Assembly (NCBI GenBank): GCA_041798765.1
Contig: JBHCAZ010000034.1
Coordinates: 9,116 to 73,115, forward strand
Source: Parabacteroides sp.
GTDB lineage: Bacteria; Bacteroidota; Bacteroidia; Bacteroidales; Tannerellaceae
Length of the DNA: 64,000 bases
Direction: 5' to 3'
Shown here: piece by piece, positions 8,491-19,194 of the stretch
How the letters are laid out: every line of letters starts with the position of its first letter
Position numbering within the stretch: the first letter of the stretch is position 1
Translations under genes and position numbers: made by a program
Notes under the pieces: generated by a model
What the model was told of the DNA's origin: nothing
Database searches by the model: none
What the model saw: the letters and a program-made list of their open reading frames with translations, nothing else

Positions 8491-8843
8491 TTGTCAAAAA
8501 AAACATACTTTTCGATGATTTTCCGTCTGAAAAGCAAAAGTTTTATCCAACCTATTTCTATTGTGTTTTGACAAAGAAAATAAGCCCTTTTTTATCCTTT
8601 TTTTTCGCAAGATAAGCATTCGCGTTAAAGCATTTTGAAATACCGTAAAAAGCCCCCAAAACCGCATAAATACAAATAAAAAGCCCCAAGCATCAAAGCG
8701 CCCGGAGCTTAAAAAATTCTTATATCCCCATCCTGTTAGAGTCCTATTTGTTTTAAACCCTAAAATGAAGAATCAATTAAAGTTTTCGTCGATTTAAAGC
8801 AATTTTTTTATAAAGAAATTAAACCCAAATTCAACTTGATTAA

Positions 8844-8931
8844 ACATTTCGTTTTAAACCCTATTTTTGTATCTGTTTAATATATAGCGTATTAAAGATA
8901 TTTATTTATACATTTCGTTTTAACCCCCATA
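8844..8931. repeat. putative transposase-binding end repeats
   Basis: ACATTTCGTTTTAA at 8844 and 8910, degenerate TTTGTTTTAAACCC at 8747; resembles the YTTTCGYRYTT half of MuA sites. Confidence 0.7.
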
Positions 8932-9028
8932 CTTTCCGCTTGATCATCGAGTAGATACCGGTTGGAAAGAGGCTGTTTCTATTTTTCGTTTATACAATAG
9001 GTATACGTGGTATTTTCGCTAAAACTTG

Positions 9029-9074
9029 AGAGGGATTGTTCCCCAAAAACTTTGTTTTTGAAAACAATCCCTCT
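9029..9074 (-). terminator. hairpin after secA
   Basis: AGAGGGATTGTT...AACAATCCCTCT perfect 12-bp inverted repeat. Confidence 0.7.
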
Positions 9075-9083
9075 TGCCGGTTG

Positions 9084-12000
9084 TTATAGGCCCTGTCCGT
9101 GACAGTTTTTGTATTTCTTTCCGCTTCCGCAGGGACAGGGGTCGTTACGGCCTACGCGTTTTTCTGAGCGTGCCGGCTCGTTACGTGTCTGCTGTGGGGT
9201 ATTTCCCATGCCGGAAAGATCATTTTTTTCTGCACGATATTTGCTCATGTCTTCATGCCGTTCGGCAGTTGCCCGCTGGATGGCGATACGTTGCTGGCGA
9301 GCTTCCATTTCGGCTGCCTGCCGTACCGCTTCCTGTCTTCTGGCCATCTCTCTTTTTTCCTCTTCCGTCGGTTCCTCTCGTACAGGGATTTGTCCGCGCA
9401 TCAAGATGGCTGTTGCTTTACGGTTCATGGCATCCAACATCGATTTGAACAGGTTATACGACTCTAATTTGTAGATCAGCAGCGGATCTTTATTTTCGTA
9501 ACTTGCATTTTGCACGGAATGGCGTAATTCGTCCATTTCGCGTAAATGTTCTTTCCACGCCTCATCGATTGTATGTAAAACGACCGATTTCTGGAAAGCT
9601 TTGGTTATGACTTTGCTTTCAGTGTCATAAGCCTCTTTCAGATTGCACGAAATATTATACATCCGCTTTCCGTCGGTAATCGGGATCATGATATTTTCAT
9701 ACATGGCTCCCTGATTTTCGTATACCTGTTTGATGACCGGGTTGGCAACCTGTGCCATTTTTTCCATCCGACGCTTCAGCTGACTTAAAGCTGCATCGAA
9801 TACTTGGCCGTTCAATTCTTCCGGTTTTTCCTTGAATACTTCCTCGGAAATGATATTTTCCATCGCAAAGGTTCGGAAGATTTCCAATTTGAAGCCTTCG
9901 TAATCCATGTTGTCGGTATGCTGTTCGACTACCGTATTGGCCGTATCGTAGATCATGTTCAGCACATCCAGTCCGATACGTTCTCCCATCAGGGCATGGC
10001 GACGGCGTGTATATACGACGGTTCGTTGCGAGTTCATCACATCATCGTATTCGAGCAAGCGTTTACGGATTCCGAAGTTGTTTTCTTCCACCTTTTTCTG
10101 TGCCCGTTCGACCGATTTGCTCAACATGTTGTGTTCGAGGACTTCGCCTTCTTTGAAGCCTAATTTGTCCATCAGGCCGGCTATTTTTTCGCTGGCAAAC
10201 AGACGCATCAGGTCATCTTCTAAGGAGACGAAGAAAACAGAAGAACCGGGATCTCCCTGACGTCCTGCACGACCACGCAACTGACGGTCTACGCGACGGC
10301 TTTCATGACGTTCCGTTCCGATGATGGCCAATCCTCCGGCAGCTTTTACCTCTTGAGACAGTTTGATATCGGTTCCGCGGCCGGCCATATTCGTCGCAAT
10401 GGTCACCGTGCTGCTTTGTCCGGCAAGTGCTACAATCTCAGCCTCTTTCTGATGCAATTTTGCATTCAGTACGTTGTGTTTGATTTTCCGCATGGTAAGC
10501 ATACGGCTCAACAGTTCGGAGATTTCGACCGAAGTCGTTCCTACCAATACCGGGCGTCCGGCTTCGGTCAGGCTGACAATCTCTTCAATGACGGCATTGT
10601 ATTTTTCTCGTTTGGTCTTGTAAATGCGGTCGTTCATGTCGTTACGGGCAATCGGACGGTTGGTCGGGATAACAACGACATCTAATTTGTAGATATCCCA
10701 GAATTCTCCGGCTTCCGTTTCGGCTGTACCGGTCATACCTGCCAACTTATGATACATACGGAAATAGTTTTGCAGGGTAATTGTGGCAAATGTCTGGGTG
10801 GCAGCTTCTACTTTTACCCGTTCTTTGGCCTCGATTGCTTGGTGCAGTCCGTCGGAATAACGGCGTCCTTCCATAATACGGCCGGTTTGCTCATCGACAA
10901 TCATTACTTTATTGTCCATCACCACATATTCGTCGTCTTTTTCAAACAACGTATAGGCTTTCAGCAATTGGTTGATGGTATGCACCCGTTCGCTCTTTAC
11001 AGAATAGTTGGCAAGCAGTTCGTCTTTTTGTGACTGGCGGGCCTCTTCATCGACGACATGTTCCAACTCAGAAAGTTGCGATGTAATATCCGGAAGGACG
11101 AAAAATGTCGGATCATCCGATTTTCCGGTAAGCAGATCGATACCTTTGTCGGTCAGCTCGATACTGTTGTTTTTTTCATCGATCACGAAGTATAGCGCAT
11201 CCGTTGCCTCGTGCATGTGGCGCATGTTTTCAGACATAAAATACTCTTCTGTCTTTAACATTTGCGCTTTGATTCCCTGCTCGCTTAAAAACTTAATCAA
11301 CGCTTTATTACGCGGATATCCTTTGAAAGAGCGGAAAAGCTGGATGGAACCTTCTTCTACCTCTTTAGGGTCGGACGAAGCCATTTTCTTCTTAGCTTCT
11401 ATCAATAGCTTGGAACACAATTCTTTCTGGGCATTGACCACGATTTCCACATTCGGACGGAATTGTTCGAAAAGCTGTTCTTCGCCACGCGGTATAGGGC
11501 CGGATATGATTAATGGAGTACGGGCATCGTCGATCAAGACGGAGTCCACCTCATCGACAATGGCATAATTATGTTTACGTTGGACGAGGTCGTTCGGGCT
11601 GATTGCCATATTGTCGCGCAGATAGTCGAAACCGAATTCGTTGTTCGTTCCGAAAGTGATATCGGCATTATAGGCTTTGCGGCGGGCATCCGAATTTGGT
11701 TGGTGTTTGTCGATACAGTCGACCGAAAGTCCGTGGAACATGTAGAGCGGTCCCATCCATTCCGAGTCACGTTTAGACAGGTAGTCGTTAACTGTAACTA
11801 CGTGTACGCCATTCCCTGTCAAGGCATTTAAAAATACCGGTAAGGTTGCTACCAATGTTTTTCCTTCGCCGGTAGCCATTTCGGCAATTTTTCCTTTGTG
11901 AAGCACTACGCCTCCGAAGAGCTGGACGTCGTAGTGTATCATATCCCAAGTGACCTCATTGCCTCCTGCCATCCAGTGGTTCTTATACAGTGCTTTATCG

Positions 12001-12446
12001 TTTTCGATGGTTACGAAGTCGAAGCGGGCTGCCAGGTCGCGGTCGAATTGGTTTGCCGTAACTTCTACGATTTCATTTTCCGTAAAGCGACGGGCGGTAT
12101 CTTTCATGATGGCGAACACTTCAGGAAGTACCTCTTCCAGAACGATTTCCAATTTGTCGGTAATCTCTTTTTCGATTTTATCGACTTCGCTCCAAATCGA
12201 TTCCCGTTCTTCCAGCTCTTTTTCTTCTATCCCTTTACGCAGTTTTTCTACTTCTGTCCGTTTATCGGCTACGTAGTCGCGTATACGTTGCTTGATCTCT
12301 TCTGTTTTTGCCCGTAATTCGTCGTTCGACAACTGTTTGACCGACGGATATACCGCCTTGATCTTATCGACGTACGGAGTGATCTCTTTAAGGTCTCGCT
12401 GCGACTTGTTGCCGAACAGCTTCATTATAAATTCGTTAAATCCCAT
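9084..12446 (-). CDS. secA: preprotein translocase SecA
   Basis: [25 protein letters not shown]-terminal [19 protein letters not shown]. Confidence 0.99.
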   Translation of the reverse strand: MGFNEFIMKLFGNKSQRDLKEITPYVDKIKAVYPSVKQLSNDELRAKTEEIKQRIRDYVADKRTEVEKLRKGIEEKELEERESIWSEVDKIEKEITDKLEIVLEEVLPEVFAIMKDTARRFTENEIVEVTANQFDRDLAARFDFVTIENDKALYKNHWMAGGNEVTWDMIHYDVQLFGGVVLHKGKIAEMATGEGKTLVATLPVFLNALTGNGVHVVTVNDYLSKRDSEWMGPLYMFHGLSVDCIDKHQPNSDARRKAYNADITFGTNNEFGFDYLRDNMAISPNDLVQRKHNYAIVDEVDSVLIDDARTPLIISGPIPRGEEQLFEQFRPNVEIVVNAQKELCSKLLIEAKKKMASSDPKEVEEGSIQLFRSFKGYPRNKALIKFLSEQGIKAQMLKTEEYFMSENMRHMHEATDALYFVIDEKNNSIELTDKGIDLLTGKSDDPTFFVLPDITSQLSELEHVVDEEARQSQKDELLANYSVKSERVHTINQLLKAYTLFEKDDEYVVMDNKVMIVDEQTGRIMEGRRYSDGLHQAIEAKERVKVEAATQTFATITLQNYFRMYHKLAGMTGTAETEAGEFWDIYKLDVVVIPTNRPIARNDMNDRIYKTKREKYNAVIEEIVSLTEAGRPVLVGTTSVEISELLSRMLTMRKIKHNVLNAKLHQKEAEIVALAGQSSTVTIATNMAGRGTDIKLSQEVKAAGGLAIIGTERHESRRVDRQLRGRAGRQGDPGSSVFFVSLEDDLMRLFASEKIAGLMDKLGFKEGEVLEHNMLSKSVERAQKKVEENNFGIRKRLLEYDDVMNSQRTVVYTRRRHALMGERIGLDVLNMIYDTANTVVEQHTDNMDYEGFKLEIFRTFAMENIISEEVFKEKPEELNGQVFDAALSQLKRRMEKMAQVANPVIKQVYENQGAMYENIMIPITDGKRMYNISCNLKEAYDTESKVITKAFQKSVVLHTIDEAWKEHLREMDELRHSVQNASYENKDPLLIYKLESYNLFKSMLDAMNRKATAILMRGQIPVREEPTEEEKREMARRQEAVRQAAEMEARQQRIAIQRATAERHEDMSKYRAEKNDLSGMGNTPQQTRNEPARSEKRVGRNDPCPCGSGKKYKNCHGQGL

Positions 12447-12534
12447 GATCTGTTTTTGTTGTTTCTTTCGATTGTCGGAAACGTGAATGTAACCATCCGC
12501 AATCGGAAGCTATTTTTTTTAGAATATTTCTCTC

Positions 12535-14142
12535 TTATCGTTTTTCCGGAAAAGCCAATTCCCGGAGCGGCAGTTCTTTCGAAGCTGTCGGCGGACGTAT
12601 ACGCAACACATGAGTAACGGTAGGGGCCACTTCGGTCGCTTTGACTTCGCGGTATATCCGTTCGGGTTTGATGCCAGCTCCCATAAAGACAAGCGGGGTA
12701 ATCACAGCGTTATTCCGTACGATTTTTGCCTTTTCATTCGATGCTTCGTCTGCAACAGTCCATCCGGGTTGCAGTTCGATCAGCAGATCGCCCCGTGTAG
12801 ACAGATGAGTCCCCTGTATATAGGAAGCCGTACGTTCATTCCAGTTGCCGGTCTGTACAAGGTGATCGGTCGTAACATGTTGGATCCCGCTGAATTCGCG
12901 TAAGAAATCGGCCGATTTCTCCTGGAGGGTTGCCAGATCGAGTTTCGCATCTGCAATAGCCTTTCGGTTCAGGAATATTTGATTATTGTAAAATCCTTTT
13001 ACCCAGTTCGTCTGTTGGCCGTAGAGCGCCATCAGGTACATGTTGAGCAAGGCTACACATCGTTTGGGATGAAAACTTCCGTTCGTCAGAGGGAGGTTTT
13101 CCGGATATTGTTCATGGCCCTGGAAATAGCCGGTTCCCGAAAAGACGATCAACGTATTTGACAAGCCGACTTTTTGATCTATTTTGTCTAATAGCATCTC
13201 GATTGTCTTGTCCAATTGATGATACGTGTCTTGTATCTCGGCTGTATATTCTTTTTCGTTTTTTCCCCGATAACTGCCGGCATAATAGGTCACTGCCAGC
13301 AGATCCGGACATACCCGCGTACCGAAAGCTCCGTATTCCAGAAACTGAAATGCCAGATTGTTGATCTCTTTATTGATAAACGGCGAGGTTTTCAGGTTCA
13401 GATAACAATCGGCTGTGTTCGGTTTGAAGGTGTATTTATAAGCTACTTCATCCGTTTTATAGGGGAAAGCGTTGAAACGGTCGAGGGGCAGAGAGGGCGT
13501 CCATACCATTTTTTCCAAACGGGAAGAAACCGATTCGGCTCCGTTGTTATAACGGTCGATATACCATGGCACCCCTTTATAATAGGTAGTAGTGGCCCAT
13601 TTCCCGTTGTAATCGTCTAACCAGAACGCACCGTTGGCTGCATGTCCGGCCGAGAGTAAGGCTGCTTCGGGATTCGGGGCGATGGCATAAACATCACTGC
13701 GTCCGCGGGAGGCTATTTTAAGTTCATCGCCGATGGTCGAGCCGAGCAGCTTTTTAGGTGAAAAATGATCTTTCGTATAGTTTCCGATAAATTCCGGGTC
13801 ATTCAGAATCGAAACTTCCCGATTGCGGTCGAAATCATATTGTTTTGTTCCTGAAATGCCGTTATATATCGGATTGCTGCCGGTAAATAATGTGGCAAAA
13901 GCACTGGCCTCGTCTATATTGGAAAATTCGAACCGGATATTCTGATAGACCAGCCCCTCGTTCATCAACCTTTTAAAGCCCCGTTCGCCGAATGTCTGAT
14001 AAAAATATTCGATATAATCGCCTCGTAATTGATCGACAGTGATACAAACAACCAGTTTGGGGACGCTTTGTTGAGCCTCCAAATTAGTCGCTGCCAGAAT
14101 CACGATGAGCGATGTCAATATTTTTCGTACACGATGTTCCAT
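12535..14142 (-). CDS. alkaline phosphatase superfamily (PafA-like) protein with degenerate active site
   Basis: Signal peptide, PKLVVCITVDQLRGDY, TIGDELK, AGHAANGAFW; start taken at MEHRV. Confidence 0.85.
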   Translation of the reverse strand: MEHRVRKILTSLIVILAATNLEAQQSVPKLVVCITVDQLRGDYIEYFYQTFGERGFKRLMNEGLVYQNIRFEFSNIDEASAFATLFTGSNPIYNGISGTKQYDFDRNREVSILNDPEFIGNYTKDHFSPKKLLGSTIGDELKIASRGRSDVYAIAPNPEAALLSAGHAANGAFWLDDYNGKWATTTYYKGVPWYIDRYNNGAESVSSRLEKMVWTPSLPLDRFNAFPYKTDEVAYKYTFKPNTADCYLNLKTSPFINKEINNLAFQFLEYGAFGTRVCPDLLAVTYYAGSYRGKNEKEYTAEIQDTYHQLDKTIEMLLDKIDQKVGLSNTLIVFSGTGYFQGHEQYPENLPLTNGSFHPKRCVALLNMYLMALYGQQTNWVKGFYNNQIFLNRKAIADAKLDLATLQEKSADFLREFSGIQHVTTDHLVQTGNWNERTASYIQGTHLSTRGDLLIELQPGWTVADEASNEKAKIVRNNAVITPLVFMGAGIKPERIYREVKATEVAPTVTHVLRIRPPTASKELPLRELAFPEKR

Positions 14143-15347
14143 ATTTTCTGTAAATAGAACCCTCCCGATCGTAGCCAAAGGCTCATTATAAGAGGGATAA
14201 AAGCTGTATTCATGTGTTGTGGAATAAAATGCCAGCCCAACAGCATCAACGTAAGCGCCGCAAAGTTAATAAAATGATAGCAATATGCCGCCTTTCTTCC
14301 TTTTTTTACTGCAAATAAAATGGCGGCAAACAGATGGAGCGGATGTAACCACAGGATAGAGATATTAGGCCAGGTTCCGGCATGGGTCGAGATGAAGCAC
14401 AGGAAGAAAAGAACACATCCGGCAATACCGGCGATCGAAAAGAGGGCGATATCCACACCTCGCAGGTGTTTTTTCTGAAACCATTCGAACAGGGTAACTA
14501 CTGAGAGCAGCAGGAAAAAAGCCCAACTACAGACGAGCGGTGTACAGATGGTGGAAGGATTGTCTTTTTTCTCGTCGAATGATTCCAGCAGAAGATGTGT
14601 TTCGCCGACCAGTTTTCTTTCTTTCCCGTCTGGAGCGATGACGACCGCTTGTGTAAAGGCTTCTTTCAGATAGAAGGGAAGAAACATCATCTCTTTTGTG
14701 GTGGCCGTCCGATCGGTCGGTATTCCTAAAGCAATGTCGCATCCGAATGTTTGCCAGGGGTGGTTTCGGGTGCTGTGATTAATCAATTCCCTGAAAGATT
14801 GTGGTTTATAAGGAGGTCTGTAATCGATAGCGCCGTCGACGCCTTTTTCGATAAGCATGAGCGGACGTGTTGCACAGTTGTCGAAAAAGAAATTGTAGCG
14901 ATAGGTCCGATTCTGCGGCTGCATGTTGACCAGCAATGCGTTCCATATAGCAGCTATCTCAAGAGAATCGAGATTCAACACTTGCTCGATTACCTCACTT
15001 CCACGTATGGCATATTCGGGGATGAAATCGGTAAACGTACAGGCTCCCAATTGATAATTGGCGTCTCCCTTGGCAAAACGGTAGATGAAATGAGGCTGGG
15101 AAAAGGAAAAAAGTCCGTAATTGAATACGAGATCCAGTTGCCTTCCGGGATCTTGTACCCGCAGTGCGGTATGTCCATATAATGTGTATACGTCGTCATC
15201 GGAAGGAGCAACGGTCAAGAGGCTGATTTTCGCCGCCGGACCGAGTGCAATCTGCTGGGCGGTTCCCGTTCCATCCGTCAGGAACAGAAGAAGAAGCAAG
15301 AATCCTGCTATTTTACGGAATACGTATCGGCTCTTCATTGGCTGCAT
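14115..15347 (-). CDS. lnb: DUF4105 / lipoprotein N-acyltransferase Lnb family
   Basis: YGHTALR, FNYG, YRYNFFFDNCAT, C-terminal multi-TM region. Confidence 0.8.
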   Translation of the reverse strand: MQPMKSRYVFRKIAGFLLLLLFLTDGTGTAQQIALGPAAKISLLTVAPSDDDVYTLYGHTALRVQDPGRQLDLVFNYGLFSFSQPHFIYRFAKGDANYQLGACTFTDFIPEYAIRGSEVIEQVLNLDSLEIAAIWNALLVNMQPQNRTYRYNFFFDNCATRPLMLIEKGVDGAIDYRPPYKPQSFRELINHSTRNHPWQTFGCDIALGIPTDRTATTKEMMFLPFYLKEAFTQAVVIAPDGKERKLVGETHLLLESFDEKKDNPSTICTPLVCSWAFFLLLSVVTLFEWFQKKHLRGVDIALFSIAGIAGCVLFFLCFISTHAGTWPNISILWLHPLHLFAAILFAVKKGRKAAYCYHFINFAALTLMLLGWHFIPQHMNTAFIPLIMSLWLRSGGFYLQKIWNIVYEKY

Positions 15348-15586
15348 TCGTTTTTTGGTTTGCTTAGGAGTTTACAAAGATAGGCGAAAAAGGAGAAAAT
15401 GGTTCTTACGTGTCCTTTTTTCTATCCGTAAACGGGTTGCCGGCGTGTTGCCGATTCCATAAAACGGCCTTGTTTACACCGCTTCGGGTTGAAGAGGTTG
15501 CTGATGCGGATTGTATTCAAAACAATTAAACCATTTGTTTGTTTATAAATTACATAATAGTAGTAATTATAAAATCAGTAGTGTTT

Positions 15587-16030
15587 ATGTCATTTATTTA
15601 TCGTTTTTTATTTCCTGCCAATACTTCGGGAAAAGCTGTTTCTCTTTTTCTATTGGCATTGCGTATACTTTTTGGCGGTCTTTTCCTATATCATGGTCTT
15701 CAGAAATGGAGTAATTTTTCCGATTTATCTGCTGCATTTCCAGATCCTTTAGGGGTTGGAAGCCAGCTCTCGCTGATACTGGCTATTTTCGGAGAGGTTA
15801 TTTGTTCGTTTGCCTTTTTAGGCGGGATCCTTTTCCGTTTAGCCGTGATACCGATGATCGTTACAATGTCGGTCGCATTCTTTATTGTGCATGGAAATGA
15901 TCCGTTTGCCGTAAAAGAATTGGCTTTCATTTATTTGATCGTTTTTGTATTGATGTTTTTGATGGGACCGGGCAGTTATTCGGTCGACCGTTTGATCGCT
16001 AGAATTTTTGGAGGCGATCGGAAACGTTGA
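15587..16030 (+). CDS. DoxX family membrane protein
   Basis: LRILFGGLFLYHGLQK, FPDPLGVG, KELAFIY, GPGSYSVD. Confidence 0.9.
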   Translation: MSFIYRFLFPANTSGKAVSLFLLALRILFGGLFLYHGLQKWSNFSDLSAAFPDPLGVGSQLSLILAIFGEVICSFAFLGGILFRLAVIPMIVTMSVAFFIVHGNDPFAVKELAFIYLIVFVLMFLMGPGSYSVDRLIARIFGGDRKR

Positions 16031-16059
16031 AAGATAACAATCGGATTGTCTTTTATATA

Positions 16060-16094
16060 AAAAGGCGGGATCTTTTTTTTGGATTCCGCCTTTT
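16060..16094. terminator. bidirectional terminator between doxX and rny
   Basis: AAAAGGCGGGATC...GATTCCGCCTTTT between convergent genes. Confidence 0.75.
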
Positions 16095-16116
16095 TAACAT
16101 TTATCGTACCGATATG

Positions 16117-17655
16117 TTACTTTGCATAGCTTACGGCGCGGGTTTCTCTGATAACCGTAATTTTAACCTGCCCCGGATAAGTCATTTCGTCCTGAATCTT
16201 TTTAGCGATTTCATTCGACAGGTTTTCGGTATCTTTATCGTCTATCTTGTCGGCTCCGACAATGACACGGAGTTCGCGTCCGGCTTGGATTGCATAGGTT
16301 TTTACCACTCCCGGATAAGAGAGAGCCAACTGTTCCAGGTCGTTCAGGCGTTTGATATAGGCTTCGACGATTTCCCTGCGTGCGCCTGGACGTGCGCCGG
16401 AAATGGCGTCGCATACCTGTACGATCGGAGCAAGTAACGTTTGCATTTCCACCTCGTCGTGGTGCGATCCTACGGCATTGCAGATATCCGGTTTTTCTTT
16501 GTACTTTTCACAGAGTTTCATCCCCAAAATGGCATGCGGCAATTCCGGTTCATCGTCCGGAACTTTTCCGATGTCATGCAATAATCCGGCCCGTTTGGCT
16601 TTTTTAGGATTCAATCCTAATTCGGATGCCATAACGGCACACAGGTTGGCTGTTTCACGTGCATGTTGCAAGAGGTTTTGTCCGTAAGAAGAGCGGTATT
16701 TCATTTTTCCGATCATACGGATCAATTCAGGATGCAGGCCATGAATTCCCAAGTCGATGACGGTACGTTTTCCGGTTTCGACCACTTCGTCTTCCACCTG
16801 TTTTTTTACCTTAGTGACGACTTCTTCGATACGTGCCGGGTGAATACGCCCGTCTTGTACCAATTGATGCAGCGCCAAACGGGCTATTTCCCGGCGTACC
16901 GGGTCGAATCCGGAGAGAACGATCGCTTCGGGTGTGTCGTCGACTACGATTTCAATACCGGTAGCCGCTTCGAGTGCCCGGATATTACGTCCTTCGCGTC
17001 CGATGATACGTCCTTTTATTTCGTCGGATTCGATATGAAATACGGTGATCGAGTTTTCGATGGCCGTTTCGGTGGCAACCCGCTGAATCGATTGAATGAC
17101 AATTCGTTTCGCTTCTTTGTTTGCCGTCATTTTGGCCTCTTCCATGATTTCGTTGATGTACGCGCCGGCCTCCGATTTGGCTTCGTCTTTGAGCGACTCG
17201 ATCAAGCGTTCTTTGGCTTCTTCGGCCGAAAGCCCGGACAGTGTTTCCAAGTGTTCGATTTCGCGCTGATGCAATTTTTCCAGATCTTGCTTTTTCTTGT
17301 CTACAACTTCCAGTTGGGCTGTCAGGTTTTCTTTGATAGTATCCATCTCCGAATTTTTACGTTGCAAATCTTCCTGCCGTTGATTCAAACCCATTTCCCG
17401 TTGTTTCAGTTTGGCTTCGATCGATTGAATTTTTGCGTTTCGGGCAGAAACTTGCTTTTCCAAGTCTGATTTCAGATGCAGAAATTTCTCTTTTACTTCG
17501 AGTAATTTTTTCTGTTTCATCACTTCCGATTCTTTTTCCGCTTCTCGAAGAACGGTTTCGTACTTCGATTTCAGCAGGAACCGCATAGTCAACCAGACCA
17601 GTCCTCCTCCTAAAATAAAGGCGATTACAGCTGATATAATGATATACATTTCCAT
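16117..17655 (-). CDS. rny: ribonuclease Y
   Basis: N-terminal TM, coiled coil, [23 protein letters not shown]. Confidence 0.98.
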   Translation of the reverse strand: MEMYIIISAVIAFILGGGLVWLTMRFLLKSKYETVLREAEKESEVMKQKKLLEVKEKFLHLKSDLEKQVSARNAKIQSIEAKLKQREMGLNQRQEDLQRKNSEMDTIKENLTAQLEVVDKKKQDLEKLHQREIEHLETLSGLSAEEAKERLIESLKDEAKSEAGAYINEIMEEAKMTANKEAKRIVIQSIQRVATETAIENSITVFHIESDEIKGRIIGREGRNIRALEAATGIEIVVDDTPEAIVLSGFDPVRREIARLALHQLVQDGRIHPARIEEVVTKVKKQVEDEVVETGKRTVIDLGIHGLHPELIRMIGKMKYRSSYGQNLLQHARETANLCAVMASELGLNPKKAKRAGLLHDIGKVPDDEPELPHAILGMKLCEKYKEKPDICNAVGSHHDEVEMQTLLAPIVQVCDAISGARPGARREIVEAYIKRLNDLEQLALSYPGVVKTYAIQAGRELRVIVGADKIDDKDTENLSNEIAKKIQDEMTYPGQVKITVIRETRAVSYAK

Positions 17656-17753
17656 TATTACTATAAATTAATCAATTATAAAATACAAAAAAACACCACC
17701 TTTCCACGGAAATTCCGCGTAAAGCAGTGCGAAAAGTGTGTTTGTCTTTTTAC

Positions 17754-18053
17754 TCACTCGTTTTTCAGGTATTCTTCAAGAATGCCGGTGAGTTGATGTA
17801 TCTTATCCGTAAAAGGTTTCGTATCGTTTTTTTGCTCCAATTGCAAATTCTGCATGGATAATTGAAACGCTACCATAGCTAACAAGTCGTTTGTGTCTGC
17901 GTCCGACTGGGCAAACATCTGACGATATTGACCGATTTTTGTCCGTATTTGCTTGGCAGCCTCTCTTGCCAGTTGCTCATCTTTCCGATCAATCCGTAAG
18001 CCATAACTCTTTCCGGCTATTTCTACATGTATAAGAAACGTATTGTCCATCAC
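17754..18053 (-). CDS. zapA: cell division protein ZapA
   Basis: IAGKSYGL...REAAK...LAMVA; typical position upstream of rny. Confidence 0.85.
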   Translation of the reverse strand: MMDNTFLIHVEIAGKSYGLRIDRKDEQLAREAAKQIRTKIGQYRQMFAQSDADTNDLLAMVAFQLSMQNLQLEQKNDTKPFTDKIHQLTGILEEYLKNE

Positions 18054-18054
18054 G

Positions 18055-18348
18055 CTATTCGTTTAATAGTGCAATGCACTTGTCTACTTCTCGCACCAAT
18101 TTCGATAATCGCATCCGGGCACTTCGCATTTCTCCTTCATCGGCAGAAACGACATGTGCCGTCAGCAGTTTATCGTATTTGGCATTTAATGTTTCGATTG
18201 TTTTCATTGTTTGCTCTATTTCTTCCTCTTTGTGTGTTAGGATCTGCTCCAGTTCGTCGATTCTTTCCCGTTGCTTGTCGCATAATTTTATTAAATCCCG
18301 AACGCGAGTCTCAAATATAGCTAACAATTTTTTATGCTCATCGGTCAT
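18055..18348 (-). CDS. coiled-coil protein (ZapB-like position)
   Basis: C-terminal LVREVDKCIALLNE typical of the Bacteroidetes gene upstream of zapA. Confidence 0.85.
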   Translation of the reverse strand: MTDEHKKLLAIFETRVRDLIKLCDKQRERIDELEQILTHKEEEIEQTMKTIETLNAKYDKLLTAHVVSADEGEMRSARMRLSKLVREVDKCIALLNE

Positions 18349-18525
18349 TACATGCCAAATTCTATACAAAAGTAGGTTTTAGAAATGACATAGGCAATAT
18401 TCTGTCTGTTTTTTTAGATCAATCCGAGAAATATGTGGAAAATGTCCGTTCAGAGCGGCATGGTTTGCTGTACATACAGGAATGGATCGCCCGAAAAACT
18501 CCTGTTGAGAGATATTTGAAAATGC

Positions 18526-18788
18526 TTCCGACTGACAAAATGGCAGATCTGTTGGAAAAAACGATCCGGAAGTTCCTTGCGTCTTTGATGTTCGTTTGTG
18601 TAAGGTTTTGGTTTTGAAATTAATGTGTTTATTATCAGTGTTGTATGTTGTTGAATGCGGTTTTTGGGAAATACTCTATATGGAGGTGAAAAAGATTTTC
18701 GATGTTTGTTTAAAAAAAAACAGCCTTTGTCACAACTGTGACAACGGGAGTGTTTTTAAGAGAACTCCCGACTGACAATTTTGTCAGG
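18526..18788. repeat. dispersed intergenic element, copy A
   Basis: Aligns by eye with the reverse complement of 48503-48802. Confidence 0.8.
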
Positions 18789-18842
18789 TTCACAGAAGAG
18801 GGCGGTATGGGTTCTTTTTATTACATAAGGTATATAGAAAAG

Positions 18843-18874
18843 AAAGGCTGTCTGATTATTTTCAGACAGCCTTT
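18843..18874 (-). terminator. intrinsic terminator
   Basis: AAAGGCTGTCTGA...TCAGACAGCCTTT. Confidence 0.8.
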
Positions 18875-18894
18875 GTTAACCGTGTAGATGGCCT

Positions 18895-19095
18895 TTATGC
18901 CAACGATACAATCCATTCTCCTTCTACTTCTTCGAAGATCAATTTGCCTTCTTTCGCCAACCAACCCATCGCGGCGTATACATCTTTCTCGGCCTTGATT
19001 TTGGTGGCTTTTTTAAGTGCTTTAACACTCATTTTGCCTTCTTGGTTCAGTGCGTTCCATACCAATCCGGCATTTGTTCCAATAAATTCAATCAT
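18895..19095 (-). CDS. small winged-helix protein (DUF2582-like)
   Basis: IGTNAGLVWNAL...AMGWLAKEGK. Confidence 0.85.
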   Translation of the reverse strand: MIEFIGTNAGLVWNALNQEGKMSVKALKKATKIKAEKDVYAAMGWLAKEGKLIFEEVEGEWIVSLA

Positions 19096-19194
19096 TTTTC
19101 TTTTGCTTTTTCAAACTAAAACCGGGGCAAAGGTAACGAAAAAAGTATTAAAATGAAAGAAATCAGCCGCTTTTGCCTTATTCCCGCTTTGTTC

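Larger units (their letters stand above)
1..8931 (-). mobile_element. Mu-like transposable prophage, early/left-end region; continues beyond window start
   Basis: MuA-type DDE transposase followed by MuB-type ATPase, divergent repressor and small HTH gene, repeated ACATTTCGTTTTAA motifs at 8844 and 8910 just before host sequence resumes. Confidence 0.92.

Noticed and set aside
18435-18617. 60-aa ORF overlapping dispersed repeat copy A
   Set aside because: No recognisable features and I could not see a matching ORF in copy B
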